A DNA stretch of 64,000 nucleotides from assembly GCA_958009085.1 (NCBI GenBank), contig OY253685.1, forward strand, positions 62,001 through 126,000. Reading direction: 5' to 3'. Origin of the DNA: Protoeuglena noctilucae. Taxonomy: Eukaryota. The position numbers and the translations under genes are program-made. The notes beneath the pieces were generated by a model. It saw nothing but the letters and a program-made list of their open reading frames with translations, had not been told where the DNA came from and ran no database searches. How positions within the stretch are numbered: the stretch's first letter is position 1; each line of letters begins with the position of its first letter. Below, one piece after another: positions 11,909 through 23,800 of the stretch.

Positions 11909-14301
11909 ATGGACCCGCTCCAGCTGCTGCGCGAGTTCGCGTGCAGCGGGCGCCTGGAGGAGGTTTCGCTCGAAGCCGAGGATGTCAAGTTCGGGTCTTC
12001 GTATAGTTTTCCAAGGTGCGCAGCTCGCAGCCACGTCCCGGCAGGCGATCGGGCCGCGCCGGGCATCCACGCGAGCCTGCGCACGCTCTCCGCGCCGCGG
12101 CCACAGCCGTCCCCGCGGCCCGGCGCAGGTCGACGCTGGTGTCGTACAAGCAGAACAAAGGCCGCGGAGACCACTACCCTCTCGAGGCCGTGGTTTATTT
12201 CATCCGGAACGTGGACCAGGCCGTCAAGGAGTATGCCGTGTACCGCAAGAACGCGTCGGGGGCGCGCGTGGCCGCCGTGCAAGTGCTGGACCGAGGAGAT
12301 CTCGCGGACTACCTGCAGGCGAGCGCGCAGAGGGGCCGCAGGATCGAGTTGCAAGGGCGCACGGCATTGCTGTGGGCTCTCCCCTGCATGCTGCAGGCTG
12401 CCGGCGCGCCGGAACCTCATTTGCGATCTCAGCATCTACCTATCTTCCCCGCGGATCTCGTTTCGTCGTCGCCCGCCCCGCGCAGGGCCGCAAGGAGACA
12501 TCCGAATGCATCCAGCCCCTCCCGCTGGCAGCCGTGCTGGTCCCCGCCCCCGAGGCCCCTGCGGCCGCGGAGGGCGACGCGGCGCGCGGGGCGGCGGACG
12601 AAGGGGAGCGGCGGCTGCTGGGGGAGGTTAGGGCGCACGAGCGTGTCCTGGTGGACCGGCTGTCGGTGCTGCGTTGCCCCAGGAAACACCTGGGGAGGGT
12701 TCTGGACATGGCCAAGCGCGTGGGGCTGCTGAGCGCGGAGGAGAGGCGAGGGGCACCAAGCGCCGCGCGTGGCGGGGTGCATACGAGGGGTGCAGTGCGC
12801 TGCTTGGGTGGCGGTGGCGGTGGATGCAAGCAAGCCAACCTTTGTTTGTGTGTGTGTTGTGTGACGCAGGAAGCGATACTTGCGGGGCCAGGCGGAGGGG
12901 CCTAAAGGCGTTCCCCCCCCCGCCCCCCGTGCCATCCCGACTGTCCCCAGCAACCGCGACAGGCGGCCCCCGGACGCGGCCTCTTACTTTGTACAGAGGG
13001 GCGTCCCGGACCCAGCCGCCCTGGGCATTGTCACGGGGGAGTCGCGGCAGGCGGGGTCCAGCAAAGTGGCCAAGGCGAGCGGCCGAGGGGGGGGGGCAGG
13101 GACATGCGAGCGAGGGCGTCCGCATGTGTACCACCCTCAGTTCGCATCGGCACTTGCTACCCATGACCCCATCTCTGCTGCTCTCCCCTGTGTATGTCAA
13201 CTCACAATCCACTGTGCCCTTGTCTCCCGCAGCGTTCGGCAGATGCCGCGCCCGCCCAGCGACCGGCAGACAAGCGGCCCCGGAAGCGCGGCTCCTCGAT
13301 CCCCATCATCGGTGCGTGGCTAAATACTAGAATCGTGCTGGCAACTGCGCAACATGTCTTGTTATGTCTAATGGATGGGAAATTGTCACCAGCATGATAA
13401 TTAGACCCACAGCATCCCTACATGTCACCCCGCCACACCCACCACCCCACGCCCCTCTCGCTGCCCCCATACCTCCTCACTCCCCCTCCCTCCCCTCTCA
13501 CCCCCCCAGTGGTCCCCAAGGGCGCCCAGGCCAAGCTGACGATGCACAACGCCCCGGAGTTCCTGGAGCAGAGTCGGTACGTGCCTGCCCTGGAGGCGAG
13601 GCAGGCCAAGGGGATCCGCAAGGACAAGATGCTCGTGGTGCGCAGGACAGTGAACAGGTGCGTCACCTGTGGTCGGCAGGCATGCGTGTCCATACGCAAG
13701 GACAAGATGCTGCTGATGCACAACCCCACCGCCCACATGCATCACGCGTCATGTGAGTTCATCACGAGTCCCGACGCCATTTCCTCCCATCCCTCGCCTC
13801 TCATCTTCGCAGGGAGGAGCCCGTTCTCTATCACGTGGTGGAGGACTTCCCCTCCGACCCCGACGAGGCCTCGCGCGTGGCGGCGTGTTTTGTGCAGGGC
13901 GCACGGTGGCAGTTCAAGGGCTGGCCCTTCAAGGGGGTCGATCGCGGGGACATGGTGGACTGCTTCGAGCACGTGAGGGGGTTCTACCTGCGATTCCAGG
14001 ACGAGGCGGTGCCAAAGGCGAGGAGAGATGGGTGGGGTGGGGTGGTGAGGAGTGGAGATGGGTGGGGTGGGCGGGAAGTGTTGTTCAAAGTGAGACGTAA
14101 GATGTCATTTCACGATGCTTCTCTCACCCTCCTTCTCTCTCCCCCCTCTCCCCCCAGGACGTGGCTTCCTGGAACGTGCGTGTCCTGACGCTCAACCGCG
14201 ACAACCGCTACGAGGACGCGGCCGTGGCTCTGCAGTTCTGGGACGCGCTGGACGAGTTCGTGTCTAGGGCAGAGCACCTGAGGGACGCGCTCACGTACTG
14301 A
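11909..14301 (+). CDS. CDC73: CDC73/parafibromin (PAF1 complex subunit)
   Basis: N-terminal MDPLQLLREF and DRGDLADYLQG; C-terminal Ras-like domain motifs IPIIVVP, TMHNAPEFLE, RVAACFVQGARWQFKGWPF, FWDALDEF. Exons 11909-12015, 12129-12318, 12486-12745, 12870-13074, 13233-13311, 13510-13657, 13813-14017, 14158-14301. Confidence 0.92.
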
Positions 14302-14778
14302 GGCATGGATGGGGCGTGCTGTGGCATTTGCGTGAAGTACTGAGGCTTGAATGGGGCGGGCTGTGGTACCGATGGGGCAGAGTTGGGGGTTAGGCAAGCC
14401 TGGGGGAGGTGTGGTTTGAATGAGCTGTGGGATTGCCGTTGCAGAGGGTCATGGCTGCCGTGTGATTCAAAAGTCCATCAAGGTTTGAGATCGGAAATGT
14501 TATTGCAAAGCATGTAAGCGCCGGCTGGATGCAGCACAAGCAACAGGGATCACAACACAAATGAGGGCAGCTGTGGATGCATGTCAAGGTTACAATGGTT
14601 GATATGTGACACCGGCACAAGCATGGCATCGGCGACATGGCTCTTGCAGCTAATGTACATATGCAACAGCCAGCAATGGAAGCGGCCGTTACGATCTACC
14701 CGGGACCCATGTCGCCGTCTCCAGCAGCTACGTCGTGCACTCATCATGCAACGACCACCATCATAACGCAACCATCAA

Positions 14779-17700
14779 TCACTGACGCGTATCTGCGCCC
14801 CTGCACAGCAACAGCCGCTGCAGGCGAGACGTGAAGGCCCCCGCGCCGCGCCCGCCCTTGCGGAGGGACGCGCCGCCCGATTTGAACAGCGCCGGCCGCT
14901 GGCAGCCCCGGGCCTCGACCCCCGACACCGTTGCCACGCTCCATGCCCCCTCCGCCCACACCGCGTGACCCTTACAGGCCTCGATCCGCATCCCACGCAC
15001 GCTTACAGCCCCACCGTCCCCGCACCGCACCCCGTGCCCCTCCTTGCACCCCGCGACGCTGCCACCCCCGATCTCTGCCTTGCTCCCCGCACCGCGCACC
15101 ACCACCCCGTCCGTCGCCACGCCCCGCACCTCCACGCCCTCCATCTCCACCGCTCCGCCCAGCAGAGCCGCCACGCCCGTCTGCCCCGCCACCACCGACC
15201 CTCCTCGCATGGCCAGGCGGCTGCCGATGCCGGAGCACTGCGCCCCCGCTCCACCGCTGCTGGCCACGTCGACTGATTGAGTCTTGACTGTGCCGCCCCC
15301 CTCGCACCCGACCCCGCACGCCCCCCGCGCTCTCTCGATGCGGCCCGAGTCGACGGTTGCCTTGCTGCCCTGCCCTGAGCTCCACACGCCGCAGTCTCTG
15401 GCGTCCAGCACATCCACGCGGCTGCAGGGGCAACGACGACACAACCGGGGTCAAGGGAAGCGAGCTAGCTGGGGAAGTTGAGAGTAAGACATACAAGACT
15501 CGGCAGATGGGGTTGTTGGTGGTGTCAATCATATGGACATCCCCCCAATCGCAGCGTCTCACGTGAGTGTCAGGCACCCGCCCTCTTCCGCCATGGCCCC
15601 GTGGGACTCCCTCGTGCCCTCCACGCAGCCGCCGACGGCCGACAACTCGCTGCCCTTGCCGCGGCACACCATCCCGCACTCCGTGCTGTCGCGAATGACT
15701 GCGTCACGCAAAGCCGCGCGCCCGCCTCCCTCGCAGCACACCCCCATGCGCGCCCCCACGATCCGGCCACCCTCCACCTCGGCTCTCCCGCCCTCGCAGC
15801 GCACCCCGCACCCCGGCGCGTGCATCACCGCCACCCCGTCCAGCTTGACCGACCCCCCCGCCGACACGCACACGCCGCCCCCCTCCACCGTCACGGCCTG
15901 CAGACGCACCGTGGCGCCCGCCCCGATCCGCAGCACTACGCCCTCGCGTGCAGCCGCGTCCCCCGCACGCAGCGTCCCGTTCGCCACCGTCAGGTCCGCT
16001 GCTGTTACCGGAATGGGGGCGTCCACCACCTCCGTCCTCCCACCCAGGTCGATGTACTGCACAACCGCAGTGCCCAATGCTGCTAGATCCCCCAGCGCCC
16101 GCACCGTGCGCCTCCCCACCTCCGCAATCTCACTCGCTGCCAATGACTCAATAGGCCCAGCTATCTTGTATGCGGGGTCTGTGGATGGCTGCACCACAGT
16201 CAGCACCGCATCACCACCCGGGCACTCAACCTTCACATCCCCGGTGTCCAGATCGCCCTCTGGCGCATCCACCGGGTCCGCGTCGTCGCTCTTGACGCTC
16301 ATGCGGACGGTCGTGTCGACGGAAGTCGTGCGTGGCGTGTCGGTGCCCACGCTCCCCGACACAGCCGCGCGATCCCCAGGGCTGACGGGACTGTCGGCGG
16401 CTCCCAAGCCCCTGCGTGTGCGAGAGTCACCATGCGCCGTCATCACGTGCCGCATATAACTGCTGTCATGTGCATCTGGCCGTGGCTGTGCCACAGCCCA
16501 GCATCCCACGCACGCACCTGGGCTGTGACGCCCACTCCCGGATCATGCGCAGCATCTCCGTCGAGTTGGGGCGCTTGGACTCGTCGCGGTCGAGACACTT
16601 GCGCAGGATGTCCCTGCAGGGGCGGCCGCGGGATTGGCGCCGTGAGGATGGCGCTGCAGCACGTGGACTGGGCAAGGCAGGCGACCAGCGCGCATGCGTG
16701 CAGGCACCTGAGGGGTGCAGACACCTCGGGCAAATGCAATTTCTCCAACAGCTTTTTCTCATCATCGTGCTCGGAAGCTATAAAAAAATGTTCACGTCTT
16801 GGAGTGGGCGCTTCCCGCTGGCCAGATGTGTGATGGTCGCGGCTGCGGAATAAACATCCCAGGCAGGGTCTGCGTGGACGGAAGGACAATACTGTTTGTC
16901 TTGTTTGTCCTGTTTATTCGTCGTTGTTAAGGGATTAGTTAGTAACACAAGCTGTCTTTGCTTACTCACGAGGTTTGCTAGTTTTTAGAGCGCAGAGCTG
17001 TCCATACGAAGCGTAAATGGGCGTGTACTTAATTGTGTTGGCTGTGAAATTCTTTTCCTGCAAAAAGGGGGAGGGATGGCGCGTGGGTTCTAGGGACTTG
17101 CCCAACGGCGAGGTCACTCAGGACACCATGCGGCACTCACCTTGGACACGCCGAAGTCACAAAGCACGACCCCCTTCCCGTTCTTGCGAATCAGGCAGTT
17201 TGCCGGCTTGATGTCGCAGTGCACGATGCCGAGCGCGTGCAGGTTGCACATGCCCTCGCATATCTGCACTGCTGTGCGCGCCAGCTCCTCGTGCGGCATG
17301 CCCTGCTTGTAGCGCTCGACCACGTCGAGGAGGGAAGACTCGCACTCCTCCATCACCATGAGCACAGAGTCCACGTCAAATGCATTGGCCAGCGACTTGG
17401 CCTTCCACGTGCAGCCGTACACGCGAAGCACACGTGAGGTGTCTTCGTAGGATGCCAGCATCGACCTCGCCACCTCGCGCATCGCGCGCTTGGTGCGATC
17501 CAGCACGGTGCGTTCCGTGTCGCTCTGCAACCTCATCATCTTGAGTTTCTTGGCAATGACGCGCCGAGGGGTGTCCCCCATCGTCGGCCACCTGAGAGTT
17601 GCGCGGAACACTTCGGCGCTCCCTTGGTCGTGGGTTATGCTGTCCCCCACCTCGACAGCCTTTGGAATGATGAACGCCCTCTTCCAAAAAGCGTCCGTGG

Positions 17701-18025
17701 CCTCCTCGCACGACACGGTGGCCAGGCCGTCGACGAAGAGCTGCACCTTCTCCAAAGAGTCGACCTTCTCCATGACCCTCTTCGCCTCCTCGTTAGGGCA
17801 CCGAAACCAGCAGTAACGCCGGATCCCTTGGTTCCCGGGGTCCACGGACGACGCTCCAGTCATCCACCGCGCGACGCAGGCCTTCCCCGCGACGCAGCCG
17901 CAGGGAAGCTCCACTGGGAGGTGCGCGGGTCCCCCATACGGCCTCTGGCACAGCGGGCAGTCCGTCTCCAAGCTCTCCCACGCAGCCGGGGGGCCTTGCC
18001 CCTCCTCCGGGACGGGGGCGGCCAT
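14779..18025 (-). CDS. RING-like + protein kinase + right-handed beta-helix fusion protein, with an apparent frameshift at 16782-16788
   Basis: CPLC...LPCGC..GKAC RING-like N-terminus; kinase motifs VHCDIKPANCL, CDFGVSK, WDVYS, LRKCLDRDESKRP; Gly/Val/Cys-rich ~23-aa repeats (GVRCEGGRAEVEGGRIVG) typical of parallel beta-helices. Exons 18025-17141, 17057-16970, 16869-16708, 16613-16518, 16459-15563, 15421-14779. Confidence 0.72.
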
Positions 18026-18660
18026 CGGTTGCCTGCGGGGAGCCCGTGAAGGACCCTGGTGCCGTCGCGGCCTCACAGTAGTTACACAAGTCGGCTCGTG
18101 CGTGGAAGAGCCACCGTCAGAGCGCAGGGCGGCTGACCTTGCCACAAATGTGCGCTGCCTGGCCGGCTTCTCCGAGCGCTAAAAACCTCGCGCCTCAAGC
18201 TCAGCAGTTTTCTTTTCTGAATATATGCGGCTCGGTTGGGTGGCGAGGAGACTTTGACGGCGCGATATTGAAGGGGAGTGAGCCAAGTCGCGGAAACGAT
18301 GCAGCGTGTCGGCGCAGCAACGGATTGCCACGATGGTCGCAGATTTGCATGGGGCAGGCTGAGGCGGAGCCGGAAGACGAGCTGCAGCCGCGGTTTGACC
18401 CCTGCCATGCGCATGAGACACAATCCCAGGGAAAAAAAGAGTGGGTGCTAAACAAAGCAAAGCATCTATCTATGTGAGAAACCAATTGCACAGGGACCAG
18501 GCATCAGGCCGTCCCCGAAAGCCTGCCACTTGCCGCGACGTACGGTGGGAACTCAAGCGGAGTGCTGCAAGCATGCTTACGTGAACGAAGGCAGGGCGAC
18601 TCAGAGGCAGGATGTGTACAGGCAGGAACAGGCGGAGAGCTGGCAACGCAGGGGCGTGGG

Positions 18661-20766
18661 TTAGGAGCTAGGGGCTAACAAATCCAACAGGATAGGGGGT
18701 GTTGTGTGGTACAGGGACGCCCGGTTTATGACTAATGCGCGCACTGCATGCGACGGCGGAAGAGCGACGCGAAGGCTTTGCGGAAGCGGTTCTTCTGCGG
18801 GGAGGGCCGGGGAGTCCACGGTCGCAGCGCCGGCGAGAGGGGCGACAGGCAACACGCTCCCAGCCCCAGCCAGGTCGGAGCTCACCGGCTTGGCGAGGGA
18901 GGGCTCCGAGGCAGACGCGGTCTTGCCGTCACCGTTCTCCGTCGATCCCCGCCGCGTGTCCTCCGCCGCGTCCAGGTCCTGGGTCTTGCCCTCGCCCTCC
19001 GTGTGGCGCACGGGCCCCACGCCCGCGGCCGCGCCTGGAGAGATCCCTTCCGGCGCCGGGGCCACGCGCGAGGACGGAATACCGGGAGCAGACTGCCGCT
19101 GCTCGGCCGCGCCGCCCGACGCGTCCATGCTCTCGCGCGCCGTCGTCCCCACTGGCCGCGTCCGCGCCCCGCCGTCCATGTCCCGCGAGGGCGCGGCGCC
19201 CGGCGCCACCTGCACCTTGGACTGCGCGCGGTTGCTCCGGCCCAGGTTGGACGGCCGGCGGTGGCCGCTGCTCGTGCCCCGCGCAGGGCCGTGCGTGCTG
19301 GCGGCCGCCACCATCTCCGAGTCCGCCGTGCCCCGGCGCTGCAGCGGGCGGCCCGGGCCCCCCAGCCCGGACCCGGAGCGGAAGTCGCTGGGGAGCCCCG
19401 CGACCCGGGGCTTGGAGGTCGCCGTGGCCTGGGCCACGCCGTGGCCCGAGGAGAGCGAGGGCGACGAGTCCGCCGCGTGGTGCGACGCGGCCGCCTGCTG
19501 CAGAGCCCAGGACAGGGCCGGGACGCTGCCCCCGGACTTCTCGACGGCGTAGTTGGACGCGGGCGCCGCCGCGTTGCCCCGCCGCTGGGCGTGCGCCGAC
19601 GCCGACGCCGTGGCAGGGTCGAGCGCGTCCGCGTCCCCCCAGCCCCGGGCCCCGGCGCCCATGTGCGGGCGCTCGCCCGTGACGGACCCCGTCCGCATGC
19701 TGACCGCCACCGCCACGCCCGCCCCCGCCGCATGCGGCACGGCCCCCGCAAACTGCGAGTGCGTGGCCTTGGCACGCCGGCGCGCCACAGGGTTGGGTTC
19801 CCGGCTGCCGTCGTCCGACCCCGCCGCGATAGAGCCCGCGGGCCGGCGGCGCTGCGCCACGGGTGGTATCTCCCCCGGCCCCTTCTGCCCCGCCCGCAGC
19901 GCCGCGATGACCGGGCCCATGATCTCCATGCTTGACAGCGCGCTCTCCACGGTGGCGAAATTGTTGGGGTGCAGCTGCTCCCACTTGTCGCGCGGCATGT
20001 TGTCCTTCACCTGGAGGGGGCGATGAGAGGGCAGAGGGGTGGGGGCTGACGCCTCGTGGGGTGGTGTACTGGCGACCCAGGGTCAGGTCGTGGGTCATCA
20101 TGTAGCAGCCAACTCAAGTCCACATATGCATCGCTGCATGGCCACTGAGCCAGCCACCGTGTCCCCGGCTCCCTCACCCACGCGTGTTCGTAGAGGCTGA
20201 CGGTGGAGGGCCGGTCCCCGCTGTTGTAGGCGAGGCAGAGGGAGAGGAAGTCGATGGCCCGCGCGGACAGGACTGATGCGTCGAGCTCAGGCTTGTCGTC
20301 GAGGATGGCGTCGATCGCCGCGGCCTCGGAGGGGCCGTCGAAAGGGGGCTCGCGCAGCAGGCACTCGTACACGATCACGCCCAGCGCCCATACGTCCACG
20401 GCGGCCGAGTAGGCGGCGCGGCGGGGGCGCGGGACCTTCTCGCGGATGGATGTGCGGTTGCGGACGTCGTTGAGGAGCACCTCGGGCGCCATGAAGTGCA
20501 GGGTGCCTGGGGGCGGGGCCGGGGAGCGAGGGGTTGCGGCATGTGAGAAGGGAGCAACAGAGGTCCGGTGAATACGAGGGTGGTGCCGTGCGAGCAGCGA
20601 GAGGGGCGCTGCGGATCACAAGGGATTGCGGCGTGTGAGTAATTACAAAGAACGCAGGGCGGCCAAGCGCCTCCTCACGCACGCACCGAGGCGCGTGACG
20701 GGTCGGTGCCGGCTGGTGCACACGGCGAAGCCGAAGTCGGCGAGGAAGACGTGGGACCCTTGCAGA

Positions 20767-20797
<31 letters not shown>

Positions 20798-21588
20798 GCA
20801 CGCCCATGAGGTGCATGGACCCGAGGGCCGAGAGGAGGGGGCCAACGATGTGCTTGACGACGGTGCGCTCATCACGACGGATGTCGGGCAGGCGGCGGTA
20901 GAGATCCGAGTCCTCGGCGAGGCTGCGGGGGAGGAGCGGAAGGGATGTAAGGATGACGCGAGCGGGTCGAGCAAGCTGCATGCCTTGATTGCATTTGTCG
21001 GACGACATGTTGCACGGCGCGACGTGCCTGAGGACGATGCAGATGAGGTCCGCGTCCTCGAAAGTGGCGTGGAGACCGAGGATGTGGGGGTGCACGAGGC
21101 GACCGTGGATCGAGACCTCCATGCGGATCGTCTCGAGCAGGGAGGCCGTCAACTGCGACTTACGGTAGACCTGCGGGAGCGCGCGAGATCCGGGGACGTC
21201 GTGGAGGGCTGTCCAAAGTGGAGATTGTGACGAAAGACAGCGCTGCACAGCGATCCGCGGGAAACCCCGGCGGCATCGGAAGCCGGGATTGCGCAGGGTC
21301 GCGCACCTTTAGCGCGACCTTGGTGTTGGACAGCGTGTCCAGAGCCAGGTAGACGGTGCTCGCGAAGCCGGACCCGATGTTCTGAAGCCTCAGGAAGCGC
21401 GCGCAGTCCCAGCGGCTGCACTTGGCCATCGCGGGGGGACAGCCAGAGCTGATGAAGGGGAACTTGATGGGGTCCCCGATCGCCCCCGCTGCATCTGCGT
21501 CGCACGGTGGCGAGCTCGCATGTTGAGGTCCAGCAAGCGCTGGCGACGGACGGCAGGCGACCATGCGGCCCGGCACGGCGTTCCACAT
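18661..21588 (-). CDS. Aurora-like Ser/Thr protein kinase with long low-complexity C-terminal tail
   Basis: IGSGFASTVY, VALK, EVSIHGRLVHPHIL, HRDLKPEN, ADFG, GTLHFMAPE, DVWALG. Exons ~21588-21307, 21170-21028, 20922-20687, 20506-20178, 20010-18661. Both ends uncertain. Confidence 0.82.
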
Positions 21589-22228
21589 GGTGGTCAGCAA
21601 AGTCGCTTTGACGGCGCGGAGTGAGGGCGCGCGAGCCGCAAAACTCTGTCCAAAACCCAAGAAAAGTGGCAGTATGGGCTAGATGAACGGCAACGGCGGC
21701 CGATGAGTCCGCCGCCCGCGGCAGAGGCCCATCACAGGCCAGTGTCCGCGGCTGCCCGGGGACCGGGCCCCGCGTCCACCTCCCCCTCTACCCCTCGGCC
21801 TCGCGCCTCCGTAGCCGTCAATTGTTGCGGCACCGCAATCGGACACGCCAGACAGCGCGCAACCGGGCCCCCAGCGTTGGGTCCAAACGCACCTGGTCCC
21901 GGCATCTCCTGGTCAGCGCAAACTCCGCCCGACAGGGACGTCCAAAACGATCGCGATGAAACAAAGTAATGAAGCTAGATGTCGTACGCTGCCGCGCAAA
22001 GGTTGAGCGGTGGGCTGGTCCCGTCGTTTGACGCGCCCCTTGCTGAAGCGCGGGACTGTCCGTGATAGGTGAGACACGTCACAAAAAGCTTAAGCAACTT
22101 GGACGGGGATGGCTGGCCGCAGGGCTCCGGGGCCGGGGAAAGCGGCCCGCAGAGTCAGAAAACATCCATTTGTCAACGCCGAAGAGCTGGAGATTTGCTG
22201 GTGTGACCGAACTGGAGCTTTAAACGTT

Positions 22229-23288
22229 CTATGGGCCATTATTGGCGGCATGCCCCGCCGGCCTGGTCTGCCCCCCCGCGCTCAGAGCTGTCAGCGCCCC
22301 CTGGAACATCCCCAGCACGGCATTGGCATGCGCAGCGCCCGCAGGCACGCCCTGCGCCACGCCGGGAGCGGTCCCAGGCACGGCACCCGGCGCGCCCTGG
22401 GGAAGCTCGTTGAATTGCACCACGGGCTGTCGGAATGCCCCGTGGACCCCGATGAGCACCATTCCGACCATCAGCGCGTACATCATGATCGAGAAGACCT
22501 TTGAGAAGAAGAAGACGACCACAAAGCTGACGATGCCCACGAAGACGATCTGCTCGCGGGGTGAGTATTCGCGCTGCGGACAGGGGAGCATGGGGGCTTG
22601 TCGTGCTTGGTGGATGCGGGAGTCGCAAGCGGCTGGCAGACGGTCCCTGCCGCACCTGCATGCCGGGCAGGCGCAGGGGGGCGTCCCGGAGGAAGACGAA
22701 CATCCACATGGTGCCCAGGACAATGAGGGTGATGATGGACCCGGGGTTGCTGAACATGCACGCTGCGAGCGTCGCCACCATCACGATGCTGTAGTTGAGG
22801 TAGAAGTACTGGACGTTCTGGCGGATGCGGGACATGGCATCATAGAACCCCTGGGGCTTGGAGAACTCCCGGAACATCTCCGACCACGGCCTGGGGGCAG
22901 GGGGACGCAGGTGACGGGTGACACGACGCACTACGGGCACAAGCGCAGCGCCGAGGTCGCGCTGCCGCGACCGCCCTTGCCTCGCGCCCTGGTAGGTCGT
23001 CACAGCCGCAGTGCGCAGGCGCGTGAAGCCGGATTGCAGCGCCTGCAAGCGGCTCTGACGCGTACCGCCCTCGGCAGCCGGCCCCGGTGTGCCATTCTGC
23101 GCGGAGAACGCATGGTTGTCCGGGGCTGGAGGCGCCAGGACGCCCACGCAGGCTGGGCAGCACGGACTGCCTGCCCGGCGCCGGGATCCTGCACACCGCC
23201 GCACCTGGAGGGGCCCACTCCCATTAGAAAGCGGACCACCCAGGATGGGCTGGCCCTCGACCCCGCGGTCGCCTTTCCCCGCCTGCAT
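22229..23288 (-). CDS. PRA1 (prenylated Rab acceptor) family protein
   Basis: RPWSEMF...FSKP...RIRQNVQYFYLNY, hydrophobic pairs and HGAFR are the PRA1 signature; three introns. Confidence 0.9.
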
Positions 23289-23800
23289 TTGCGCAACGTT
23301 TCGCGGCGCTCGACGTGCCCACTCTCGCGCGACCGCGTGGATCTCCCTCGCCCCTGCGCACAGTCTGCGTCCGCAACGGCTATACTCTTCGATTTGCGGA
23401 CACTATCTTCGCCACCGGCGACGAAACGCGCAGGTCCGGGGCCGCGGAGGGCGAGAGCGGGAATTGCGCGGTTATCCGGTGCCGGGAGCCTACTGAGCGA
23501 CATATGAGTTGCGAATTAGACGAGCGGTGACACCCGCTGCGCGTTTGCTGGCCAGCTGCGAAATGTCAGAAAAGGCCTGCAAGGTGCACGTTGGCCGCAG
23601 GGGCCCTAAGCGATCTCTGCACGATCTCTGTATCAGTGTCATCCCGGCGCTGGTCCCAATTTCGTCTCCACACGCTCAGACTGATTGTCCAAGGCCACTC
23701 TGGATTTCGAGCATTGGCAGCGCGCCGGGGCCGCGCAGTCGCCGGTGGGCACCCTTCCCATAGGTGGCGGCACGGTTGTTGTGCCGGGAAGGAGGAAAGG

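Noticed and set aside
14513..14594. TGTAA chlorophyte-type poly(A) signals on both strands between CDC73 and the kinase gene
   Set aside because: Plausible here but not consistently found after other genes; a 5-mer is too weak without 3'-end data.
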